The notes below the pieces were generated by a model that saw only the letters and a program-made list of their open reading frames with translations, made no database searches and was not told the DNA's origin. This document shows positions 1 through 10,340 of a stretch of DNA of 64,000 bases, piece after piece (within the stretch, counting starts at the first letter, position 1; each line of letters starts with the position of its first letter). The stretch is from Gnetum montanum (lineage: Eukaryota > Plantae > Gnetophyta), in assembly GCA_015680685.1 (NCBI GenBank), contig MNCI01001941.1:259206-323205 (forward strand). Direction: 5' to 3'. A program made the translations under genes and the position numbers.

Positions 1-690
1 ACCCAATTACGAGACGATAAGATGTGGTAGTTTAACGTCATTTCGGACAGTGGCACGTGCGATGTCGGCCGCATTAATATCTAGATTTGCGGATTCCATT
101 TCAGGAAAGTTCTACTTAAATCTGATACCAAGTCGGTGATCCTCGCGTATAAGTAAGTGGTTCTTCGATGAAAACCGGTTGCTGTCTATCGTGAATTTGA
201 ATTCGCAACTGTCGTTGAGCAAAGGAAGAGCAGAGAGTTAGGGCTTTGAATCTTGCGAAGATTTGCAAGTGTTAGGCTGTGAAGAAATTCTGAAATCGTC
301 GCAATGGCGCTGAAGACAAAGAAGAAGAACGCAAAACTGGCCAAAATCGACGAAATGCAAGCAACTCTGGACCGTGTTTCGCAGGCGTTGATCGATGTTC
401 GAGAGCCCGCGTTGTTGAACCGGTTAGTCGTTCCTTACATACTTACTTTCGTTTCTATGGCTGCTTTTCGTGGTGTATTTGCGTTTGCGTGCATGTTGAT
501 TATGAGCTATGGACCTCGGGCTAATGTGAGGGTTTGAAATGGTTGCGTTTATTGTCGTTGTCAGGGACAAACCTTGCGTTGTCGCAAGGGTTTGGGCGAT
601 TTCGGCCTGGGTGCGTTTTATTAGTTTTTTCGTGTTAGTCATGTAAATGCAAATGTATATGTTGATGTACGCTTTAGCTTTTTTATACAG

Positions 691-1380
691 CATCACGCTA
701 AAACCTATCCTGATTGTGCTAGACCTCATTGGGGTTTTATGCTGGACGAATCCCATTGTCCCCAATGTTCCTCCCCCTCACACAAGGGTGCAGGGGAAGG
801 CCATCTGGTTTCAAAAGGGGGCACTGAAGTTTCTGCAGTTTTTGCTGCATAACTTCAGCATCATTATTTGGTCTAACGTGATCAGGGATGTTGCCGGTGC
901 CATTTTGGAGCACCTATTGGCGGGGTCGTCACAAGGGATTCTGGCTTACCTGACAGACGGAGCCATCGAGACGGGTTATCCCGAGGACCAAGTGCTCAGC
1001 GCCCACGGTCTGCGGAGCTTACACTGGATCTGGGGCATGGCCCGTTTCATTTGTTATCATGCATATAACACACTGTTCGTGGCTCGTCATGTGTCGACGT
1101 ACTTCTAGAACCCACAAGGCACGGTGTACTACGCAGGCGGGTAAGCAGATTTGGCTAACTGTATTGTCTCTATTTTTGTTATAATGTCTGTTATTGATGT
1201 GAAAGGGAAGAGGAGTCTATGTGTAAAGTGTAAGTTAAGCTTACGCTGTATGGTACAGGTTTTTTATACATGACAACCAGATAATTGGCGATGGTGATAC
1301 GCTGGCCTGGGCCGAAACGGCAATAATGGCGTTTACCGCAACCAACAACGTGCGTGCTGGTGTTATCGGGCAAATTGGCC
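691..1380 (+). other. FCP1/NIF (HAD superfamily, CTD-phosphatase-like) domain, exons 2-3 of the cargo gene
   Basis: KPILIVLDLIGVL..GKAIWFQKGALKFLQFLLHNFSIIIWSN..IETGY..LRSLHWIW..YHAYNTLFVARHVSTYF*NPQGT..GDGDTL..NNVR. By eye this matches, in order, the plant FCP1-homology pattern KLLVLDLNGLL..GKAVFKRP..FLKFCFERFEVGIWSS..TETGF..LKELRKLW..YNESNTLLLDDSPYKALLNPPHT. Confidence 0.75.
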
Positions 1381-1630
1381 ATGAGATGCGTGAGTACCAC
1401 ACCCGCTATGAGCGCCCTTTTAAGAATTGTTAGGAACTCGGGTGGCTACATGAGGACTGGACCTTGGATCCACCCCTCACCGTTGAGGACGTGCAGAGGG
1501 AACTCCCGCCATTTCCGTTGCCATTTGGCCCCGGTAAAGTCGCTGCGTATTCTAATGTTGTATGTGTAGTTATGAGTCATGGACGTTATACAATGGTGTT
1601 TCTTTTTGACTTGCGTTTTATGCCTTTCAG

Positions 1631-2200
1631 TTAGGGAATCCCGGGAGATTACCCTTACAATTTCNGTGACCCCTGATGTCCCCACCAGCGAAATGATAGG
1701 CCTGGTCAACTCTTTCAGCGAGAAGGCGGATCATTTCAGCACGCGCGTGCATAACGTGCGCGTAAATTTTGACATTGATGCTCAACTCTTCTCGGACTTG
1801 TTTGGCGTCCCCTTGAGCGGCCTTCCCGTGAAAGTGAAGACCACGAGGAGCGCCATAATGCAGGAGTTTCTGCAGGAGTGGGCGAGGCTCCCTAAGGAGA
1901 CCAAGGGGTTTCCTTGTGATAAATTCGAGAATGGGGCCGCCAAGACACTTTACCCCCTTTTTCGAGCCCAGACCTTTCCCAAAACCCTCTCGCAGGCAAA
2001 GTTCTTTTCAGTAGAACAGACCCGTATCATGCAAGAGTTCCTGGAGGAGGGAGCCCGGTTTGATTGGGCAAGCCATCTTGCCAAGGGGCTGCGCAGTGAA
2101 ATGGTCAAGCTTCGGGAGAAGCTTGAGTCCCGTTTCAATGTGCATTATGCCTTTTTCATAGCTTGCCTCTGGCGGTTTGCTGAGTTTTTGGTCATTCAGA
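1631..2200 (+). other. Plant-transposon accessory domain (putative plant transposon protein / PMD-like), exon 4 of the cargo gene
   Basis: FDIDAQLFSDLFGVPLSG ... RFDWASHLAKGLRSEM ... HYAFFIACLW resembles the (I/F)..(L/F)GLP..G / (F/I)(D/N)WA..L pattern of retrotransposon extra-ORF domains. Confidence 0.5.
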
Positions 2201-4431
2201 GGAATGGGGTCTGGGTACAGCAAGACCAAGACTAGTTATCCAAACCCTGGATTGCCCACATTCTTAGCACTACCCGTGGGCAGGACCCGCCGGAGGGGAT
2301 TGGGGAGTCGTTGTCTGTAACGACTAAAGGTTTGGAGACGCCCCGAGCGCGAGGTCTCGACAATGTAGGCAGGATAATGCCTACCTACACCGGCGACGCC
2401 TCGCGAGGAAAACGTCTGGCAGAGGAAATTGTGGAACCAGCTGCTCGGCAGAAGAGGCTCCGCCTAACTGAGGCCCCTAGGGGCGATGCAAACCATTCTG
2501 TGGAGATCAAGGTACAGCGGAATAAGCCTCTGTCGGGTAAGTGTGAAAGGCTTACATATACGCAAGGATTTACTTAGATGATCTGGAATTATATGCTAAC
2601 GTATGGTGATGTAAACAGCAAAAATGACAGGGCAATTGACCCTTGAGACGGGGGCAATGGTACTAAGCCATGGGGAGGGGGCCTCGATTTTGGAAGAAGA
2701 GGCCTCAGGTGTTAACACGAGCCGTGTGGAGGTTCCAGTGCGTGAGGCAATCCCAGCTGCTAGCGAGAGCTGCGTACAGACTGGGGTGCGTGAGGAGGCA
2801 CCAGCTACTGGAACTAGTGACGCACAGACTCCAGTGCATGAAAGGGAAGCAGATAGGGAAGATGACGAAATCGCCACTGTCGCCAGAAGAGGTAATGAGT
2901 GCGTTAGCGTGTTTAAAAAAATACGTTAATGGAGGGAATGTCTAACCAAGTTACGCTATAGGGGAAGAAGATGTCTGAACGTCTGCTGCTGTCAGCAAAA
3001 TGTGGAAAGACTTCCCCGATAAATTTGCCTTCATGGAAGGCGTCGTCAGCGACATGATCGAGCGTCTGGAACGCATTGAACCTGGCGCTGGTAAGCTAAC
3101 GAAGTTACGACATAATGTTTCGATAATGTGTCATCCGTATTGATGTTTGTTTTCTGTCAGGAGCACACCTCCGATGGGATCCCGCGGAGCCCCCACCTGA
3201 TGGGGCAGTCGTGCCACGCCACATTTATGAGGAAATGCGTAAATGTGCATTACGCTCGACACGCTCCGCATGGGAAAGTAGAAACGTGAATGAAAACCTA
3301 TAGAAGAAGCTGCAACGGTCGGAGGGGAAGATTGAATCTTTGACCAAGGAGGTCGAGGATTTGAGGGCGCGGTACGAGTTCCTAGAGGCGCGTATGACGG
3401 GGGATGAAGACTGGCGTACCGCTGTTATTGATCACTCTCGTTATTGAACAACGATCAAGAACAACGTACAGACCAGCCAGGCGTTAATAGAGCAGAGGAT
3501 GAAAATCGAGCTGCTAGCTCAGAAAAGTCGGGACTGGAGGGACTACTGCGCCAGCGTACAGGAATGGGGGCAGACGGAGAAAGACCACAAGCATGTATAT
3601 AAAAGGCAAAGCGCTGCTTATAGACGGCATTACCGTGAGTCTGCCATTAAAGCTCGATCCCTGGAGGTTTTTGTGGACACCATCAGAGCGTCCGAAGCAT
3701 TCAAGAAGTTCGAAGAGCAGGTGACCGTAACTGCGTCCCCAGAGAGAGCGATGGTTTTCCCTGGGAATCAGGCTTCGATCCCTACTTTCTTCCCAGATCC
3801 ACCCTCCTGGAGTAGCGTGGAGAAAGGGAAGGTGAAAGCTGGGGCGGCTTCAGGCGAAGATGTGTGGCCAGACCTGACAGAGGACGAGATCATGCGGCGT
3901 TTGTGGGCTGGTTTGGACAAGCTTCCCTTTGCTGCGGAAGCTGGGCCGTCGTGAGTAAGTTTACGCATGGCTTAGTTGGCAAATTTTCTTTGACTAGCAT
4001 CGTTTATTCTAATTTTGTGTTATTTGGTTTCAGGTACCAGAAGGAGGTAGAGAGAGTACACCAGCTGAAGGGCTGGGAGAGAAAGCAGTGGAAGCAGAGT
4101 TGGAATGAAACGATGGAGAGCGTCTTCCTGTGGAGCCCAGATCAGAGCGAGAGCCTCATGAAGAGGCAATCTTTCGTGAAGGGATAATTCCCAGAAACGA
4201 TGGCCCACTGGAGGATGACCTTTTAGGGTTGGATTCGGAGTTGAGAGATATGGGTGATAGTGGCAGTAAGGGGAATGTGTAATACGAAAAATTTTGTTAA
4301 TGTTGACTAGAAAGGCTTGTTATAAAACTTGACGGATGTATTGAATTCCAATTACATATATATATTTTTTTGTTTCATTGATGGAATACAAGTGCGACTG
4401 TTGAAAAGTTCGTTTAGGTAATAATGATTTA

Positions 4432-4682
4432 ATTCCTAGTTTAAGGCCATTGCGGGCCTGATGCGTAAAGTAAAATAAGCGTGAATGGTGATTGTAAATG
4501 ACTCCGGATGGCTAGTTTAAGGCCATTGCGGGCCAGCGTAGGAATTTGCGTAAATAAGCTACTAGTTTAAGGCCGTTGAGGCCAGCGTATGAATTTGCGT
4601 AAATAAGCTACTAGTTTAAGGCCATTGCGGGCCAAATGAGCTACTAGTTTAAGGCCATTGCGGGCCAGCATATGAATTTGTA
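4432..4682. repeat. Short tandem array with core CTAGTTTAAGGCCATTGCGGGCC (5 copies, variable spacing)
   Basis: Core visible at ~4436, 4512, 4562, 4611 and 4644, between the protease end and the 3' end of the cargo gene. Confidence 0.9.
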
Positions 4683-4864
4683 ATAAAAAAAATGTAACCC
4701 TGGATAAATGCGTAAGAGAATGAGAGCGTAGCTAACGCGAGTACGATAAAGCACGCAACAGGTGAAAAGCGTAAACCCAAAAGCAAATATAGCGTAAAAG
4801 CATATTGAAATAATAAAAAAAAAGCTACTAAATGAGGAGTGTGCTAACTTACATGAGAATAGTG

Positions 4865-5500
4865 TTACACGCAAAAGACCATTGTTCGACCATCAATACG
4901 CAATTGTTTCTTAATGGCCTTTACGTTAAGCGCTGCGTAAGGGCGAGGAGGCTTATGGTTTGACTCCTCTACGCTGTCATCCGGAAATGGCAGGTCAGCC
5001 CAGGCTAGACCGTCGGCATTGTTGTCGTTCTGTTTAGGGGCTTGGAGATAAGACTGATCGTCAATCGCTTCGATCTCTGAACCCCGTTCTTCTTCGATGT
5101 TGTTAACGGTCCTGGGGGTGACCTCGTCGCCGCGTATGATAACCTCCCCTCCGGCGTAGGGGAGGTGTATCTCTTGATGTATCGGTGATGAGACTGCCCT
5201 CAGCTGGGCTAACCACGACCTCCCTAAGATTAAGTTGAAGCCAGGCATCTCCTCGATGACTAAGAATGTGGCTTCTGTTGGGAATTGATCCCCCACCACA
5301 AACTCAATACGCACCGTCCCCTTGACTTGCACCCGTGCTCCGTTGAACGATTTCACGCAAGCTATCGTCGTGGGAGTGATCTGGTCGACCAGTCCCAACC
5401 TATCCACGATGGAATAGGGAACGACATTGGCAGCTGCACCATCATCCACGTGTACCCTCCGGATCTAGTACTGGCCGACCCGAATGGTAATGAACATGGG
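4865..5500 (-). pseudogene. Retrotransposon aspartic protease of element A
   Basis: IRRVHVDDGAAANVVP...FLVIEEMPGFNLILGRSWL...SSPIHQEI. It is in frame with the gag C-terminus across a TAG at 5465-5467. Confidence 0.9.
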
Positions 5501-8445
5501 CTCTGTCGTTACTTGACCTTTCTCCGGATCATCTCTGACAGACTCGTCCAGGAAGGTCAACGAGGTGGGCTTGGGTTGTTCAGCTTCAGAAGGAAACATG
5601 ATAGCGTGTATCGCTTCTTCTTCTGCCGGCAGGCTGGCATCCACTGATATGGACATCAACATGTGTACCATAGCCTCGTAGTGTTCTCGAGAAGTCATCA
5701 GTAGGTCGTACAGGCTCAGTGTTGTATTCTTTTGTTTGAGAGCTTGTTTGACCTGCGTGAATGCATCGAGGAGGTCCTTCTCCCGGCAGGGTTGTTTATC
5801 CCCCTTGTCCTCCTCCATTCGGCCCAAAAGACGGATCTCTCGAGGCAGAGCGGTGTCAGTGGGAGGGTTGTTCTTTTTTCTGCCAAGAGAAGGTGGCTGC
5901 GTTTCTGTCCCTTTAGCCTGCTTTTGGGGCATAGACATAGGGACAGAGGCTAGGGGCCTGGGCTTAGGGAAGCCGAGCATAGGGTGGTGTTTTGTTGCGT
6001 TAACTACGTTCTCCTCCTTTTTCTTGGGAGGCAATGGCTGGTGGTGCTGGCTAGAGGTCTGCCCTTGCATGAGAGGAGCAGCCTGTGGTTTTGGCACCCT
6101 AATAATGAAGGGCGCTCTCGGCATGGGCGCGAATGAAGCCGCGGCTTGGGTTGACTGAGGGCGCGCTTGGGAAGGTGCCCTTATGATGAACGGTGGCCGT
6201 GAGACCCCACTNNNNNNNNNNNNNNNNNNNNNNNNNNNNNNNNNNNNNNNNNNNNNNNNNNNNNNNNNNNNNNNNNNNNNNNNNNNNNNNNNNNNNNNNN
6301 NNNNNNNNNNNNNNNNNNNNNNNNNNNNNNNNNNNNNNNNNNNNNNNNNNNNNNNNNNNNNNNNNNNNNNNNNNNNNNNNNNNNNNNNNNNNNNNNNNNN
6401 NNNNNNNNNNNNNNNNNNNNNNNNNNNNNNNNNNNNNNNNNNNNNNNNNNNNNNNNNNNNNNNNNNNNNNNNNNNNNNNNNNNNNNNNNNNNNNNNNNNN
6501 NNNNNNNNNNNNNNNNNNNNNNNNNNNNNNNNNNNNNNNNNNNNNNNNNNNNNNNNNNNNNNNNNNNNNNNNNNNNNNNNNNNNNNNNNNNNNNNNNNNN
6601 NNNNNNNNNNNNNNNNNNNNNNNNNNNNNNNNNNNNNNNNNNNNNNNNNNNNNNNNNNNNTTGTCTTTGGCTTTGTTGTGTGTGTTTTTGTAGGCGACAT
6701 ATGCCGGGTCTTTGCTGGCCTCCGCAGCATCTTGGATGCTTCGGACCTGGGTGAAGGCATGATGTATATTGCCGAGGAAAAGGTAATACAGCTTAGACTT
6801 AATGAAGTCGTTGACTGCTCCCTTGAATATAGCCAGTAGATGGGAGTCTGCGATCGGGTCGCGGATCTCATTCAAGGTAGCATTCCAACGCTGTATGAAC
6901 TTTTGGACTGGCTCAAGCGGGTCTTGTTTCACCCCCATAAGCTGTTTCAACGTGACTTCCAGTTTCAGGTTGTATTTGAAACGGGTCACAAATTGAGTCA
7001 GCAGCTCTTCCAAGGTTGAAATGGAAGAGCATGGGAGGGCTCTATACCAGTCTAAAACCTTCCCCGTCAAAGACATCGCGAAGACTCGGATCAAAGTGTG
7101 CGGCCACTGTTGTAACAACAAAGATTCAGATCTGAAGGTGGCTAAATGGGTGTTGGGATCCCCCTCTCCATTATACTTGGTAAAGTGAGGGAGAGACATC
7201 CCTGGTGGCAACGACAGTACGGGGACTGCTGGATTGATCGGATCATCCTGATAGAACCCTACAGATCTGAATAGTATCAGATCCAACAGTCTTAAGGCGT
7301 CGAACCTCCTCGGTAAGCATCTGGATAAGCTGGAAAGCTTGATCCAGACCTGTTAACGGAGGTGTCTGTGCAGCAGGGACAGGAGGTTGGACTGGGAGGG
7401 CAACCCTAGGAAACTGAAATGCTGGGGGTGGTTGGCTAACCGCTGGTGGAGCAGGGATTCCTGCCAGCTGGGGGGCCTGCAAAGATCACCATCCACCAGC
7501 CTGAGACGAGAGGTTAACTCCTGCCTGCTGCACAAGATAATGATAAGTATATTGAGGAAACACCTGCGAAGATTGTGCTGGAGGTGCGACCGAAGGCTGT
7601 GCACCGTACACCGCAGACGGGTGGTGTTGCGTAGCCGGGTTGATCCATTGACTTGTTGCAGGATATTGCATAAAGGTCTGCTGTGGTATGGTTGTGGTAT
7701 TTTGCTGAGTTGGTGGGGGCGGGAATATTTGCGCTGAACGAGTTGTCGGTACAGTGTGAGCCTGCACCTAAGGGACGAAATGGGGCGCGGCAGTTGCTGG
7801 GACTACCGCCGGAATACTCATTACCTGTTGTGACGGACCTGCCCTCGCGTTATGGTGCGGTTGTTGCAACCCAGACGGCTGTACGTTGACCTGCGGAAGG
7901 ACAGGGATTTGCATCTGGGCCATCGTGGCTAAGTCCAGAGAGGTTGCCTCTCTGTTGAAAGGGAACAACGGATTTACGTACACGTGGGGAGTCAGAGTAT
8001 GGAACGAATGTTCCGACAGGGCCACGAATTCGTCCTCTGCCTCTTCCTCATGCTGGGGCTCTACCCCGAGTTGCGAAGTCTGGCCCCTGGCCATGACCAA
8101 CTGTGCGATAAGCTCGTGTTGGTGTTCGGTTAAGGGGATTATGTCGTAGGCCATCGGCTTAAAATCATAACCCCCTCGGTGGAGCACCTCAAAGTTTCGC
8201 TTCGCCTCCAGCTCGGCTCGGCTAAGAGCCAGCCTCTCCTGGATCTTGACGCATATGAAATTGTATTCTTTAGGGGTTATAACCATGAAGATAGGCTCTT
8301 TCCCCTGAAGCCTTAATGAACGGCGCAATGGTCCCTGAGGTCCCGTTGCACTAGGAGCTGGTCTTGTGACCACCGTAGGGTTCACAGGCGCAACACCCAT
8401 ATCAGTAGTGCCCATGGCGGTTGTGTTTGAGTAAAAAGAATCCAT
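5501..8445 (-). pseudogene. gag: gag of element A (P/Q-rich N-terminus, Retrotrans_gag core), interrupted by an N gap
   Basis: ORFs 8445-7768, 7767-7486 and 7482-7243 share one frame broken by stops. A frameshift near 7264 leads into FYQDDP..FTKYNGEGDPNTHL..FAMSLTGKVLDWY..QFVTRF..VKQDPLEPVQKFIQRW. Confidence 0.9.
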
Positions 8446-8672
8446 TTGACCGATGAAATCGAGCGTAACTGGTAACCGGATCTAAAAGAAAAAGGCTGGC
8501 AACAAAAAGCACAAAAAGGCTTTCTACCCTGTAGGATTTCAAGGAAACCGTCCTTGCGACCGATCTATACCACACGATTGACCGTAGACTTCCTTAGAGG
8601 TATTACGTCTATGGTTTCAGGGTATGGATCACTACCAGGGCTACCCGAAATATCCGGATCAGAGCCTGAAGG

Positions 8673-8689
8673 CCCTCCTTCTAGCGCTA
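8673..8689 (-). promoter_or_regulatory. Primer-binding site complementary to the 3' end of plant tRNA-Asn(GUU) (element A)
   Basis: Minus strand reads TAGCGCTAGAAGGAGGG (TGG mutated to TAG), 6 nt after an LTR-terminal ..TTACA. Confidence 0.85.
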
Positions 8690-8695
8690 GAAAAC

Positions 8696-10340
8696 TGTAA
8701 CGACGGAAAACGTTGGCAGCTAGAAATACCGACCGAAGTTTCGGCGTACACAGTTTTAGCCACGGATCCACGTGAGGGCTATGCTGGAGAAACGAATCCN
8801 NNNNNNNNNNNNNNNNNNNNNNNNGTAGCTTCAAGATCTGCGCTTTGACTTAAAAGTGTATATTTCGTATGAAAAATTGCACTGGGGAATCCCCGATTAC
8901 AAGATGTGAAACAAGCACAAAAGAACAAGCAAAACGGTCTAAACAGAAGTCCGATCTACCTCGTGGGCTAAGCTGAAATGCAAGGCGGGCCAAGCTTTGA
9001 CGTCTATCGACCAATTGTTTCTGATTGATAGAGTCTTTTCAGCAGAACGATTACTCCTGTCATCGGTGCTCAAGGCGAACTGTACTCTGCTTCAGCTGTA
9101 AGGTGATGATGTCAACGATTGCCAAAGCGCTGTTCTCTGTATCTCTGCTCCAAAGTGCTAAATGCTCTGGTGCTCAGAAAATATGCTTTTGCTTCTCTGA
9201 TTTGCCCCCCTTTGTATCTTTATCGACTGAGATATTTATAGGCTGTGACGCTTTGTGAAAAAGGTGCAACCCTGATGACATGGGTCCCGGCTATTGCGGG
9301 TCCTGTTGGCATGATCATTTTAAGTCAGATTGTGACTACGCACAACACGCTCGTTTGCGTGTTGTGCGCGTGAAGAGCAGGCATGCGCTGAGCAGCTTAA
9401 TTGCTTTTAAGCTGTATTACACTCATTCGCATTGTATTGCGTGTATGAGCGTAATCCGGTGTAGAAAAGCAATAGGCTCAAAATTGTTTTACACTCGCTA
9501 CGCAACTGCGCGTAACAAAGCGGAAACAAATGTGTAACTTACGCTCACTACACAGCTGCGAGTGATGAAGCGTAAACAATGTATGACTTACGCTCACTAC
9601 GCAGCTGTGCGTGATGAAGCGTAAACAATGCCTAGCTTACGCTCACTACGCAGCTGTGCGTGATGAAGCGTAAACAATGTATGACTTATGCTCACTACGC
9701 AGCTGTGCGTGATGAAGCGTAAACAATGCCTAGCTTACGCTCACTACGCAGCTATGCGTGATGAAGCGTAAACAATGTATGACTTACGCTCACTACGCAG
9801 CTGTGCGTGATGAAGCGTAAACAATGCCTAGCTTTAATGATGACATACGCAATGATACGCACCGCTGCGTAACAAGCGTAAAGGCAAGTTATCCATGCGC
9901 CGCGAGGAAAAGCATCAAACTATTATGCTTCTCTGGCCCTTTGACTATCTTGGAGCTTATTACGCTCATTACGCTGCCGTGCGTAATGGAGCGTAAACTT
10001 GTCCTTGAACGAAAAGACTTAGCAAGATACACAAGAAATCGCATATTACGCTGCTTAGGCTTCTCTCTGTGCTGGAGCAACTATCCTTCTGATGTCGGGC
10101 TACGTCGAAACACTTGTTGCGCTGAGCGTCATTGTGCTATGTCGCGTGACAGTGTGATCAGCAGAAGTATAGAAAGATTAGAGATTTGTACAGGAGGCCG
10201 TGGACTTGATGCTATGCACCTCCTGGTGTTGCTCTGTCTTCTCCCCCCCTGAAAGGCTGAGATGTGCCCTTGCTTGAATTGCGAATCTTTGCCTGAGGCC
10301 GACTCACAATTTTTAACGGTGTTTCAGGAGCCACCTATAC
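8696..10340 (-). repeat. 5' LTR of element A (outer boundary approximate)
   Basis: Terminal CA next to the PBS, TATA box CCTATAAATA on the minus strand at ~9233-9242, and an abrupt composition change at ~10340. Confidence 0.65.
9538..9831. repeat. 6 x 49-bp tandem repeat in LTR A, alternating two variants (98-bp higher-order unit)
   Basis: CTTACGCTCACTACGCAGCTGTGCGTGATGAAGCGTAAACAATG followed alternately by TATGA or CCTAG; units start at 9538, 9587, 9636, 9685, 9734 and 9783. Confidence 0.95.

Larger units (their letters stand above)
304..4282 (+). pseudogene. 8-exon accessory gene antisense to gag-PR (~1064 aa): FCP1/NIF-like pseudo-phosphatase + plant-transposon-type domain + acidic linker + coiled coil; 8 in-frame stops
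   Basis: Exons 304-422, 691-1140, 1259-1533, 1631-2536, 2619-2891, 2962-3090, 3161-3954 and 4034-4282 total 3195 nt (1065 codons). All introns are GT..AG and AT-rich, with phases 2,2,1,1,1,1,0 matching across junctions. The model joins listed ORFs 304, 647, 1579, 2311, 2624 and 3499. Stops at 1106, 1431, 2233 and 3301 (TAG) and at 2976, 3445, 3952 and 4106 (TGA). Confidence 0.85.
1..10340 (-). mobile_element. Element A: Ty3/gypsy Tat-type LTR retrotransposon, 5' part (LTR, PBS, gag, protease, repeat array, antisense cargo gene); continues beyond the left edge
   Basis: On the minus strand: PBS at 8673-8689, gag-PR at 8445-4865 and an LTR-like region at 8696-~10340. It is richer in GC and CpG than its neighbours, so it is younger. 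Confidence 0.9.

Noticed and set aside
121-130. TGGTATCAGA on the minus strand, resembling a tRNA-Met PBS
   Set aside because: Only a 10-nt match with no adjacent LTR end or gag; probably chance.
1106-4108. Stop-codon readthrough or U-to-C editing as an explanation for the in-frame stops
   Set aside because: The same CAG/CGA decay affects gag and pol throughout the window, so methylation-driven deamination is sufficient.
3864-4187. Alternative last-exon frame (YQKEVERV...) using the GTGAGT donor at 3951
   Set aside because: Both homologues have a phase-0 donor here, which favours GTAAGT at 3955 and the acidic VPEGG frame. Not fully excluded.
4432-4682. Repeat-spacer pattern resembling a CRISPR array (also 23240-23760)
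   Set aside because: The spacers resemble each other and vary in length, there are no cas genes, and the context is a plant retroelement.
6183-6839. Long ORFs spanning 6212-6660
   Set aside because: Their length is due to the N gap.
9270-9320. CTGATGA suggesting a hammerhead ribozyme (retrozyme) in the LTR
   Set aside because: No correctly placed stem II and GAAA core follows.
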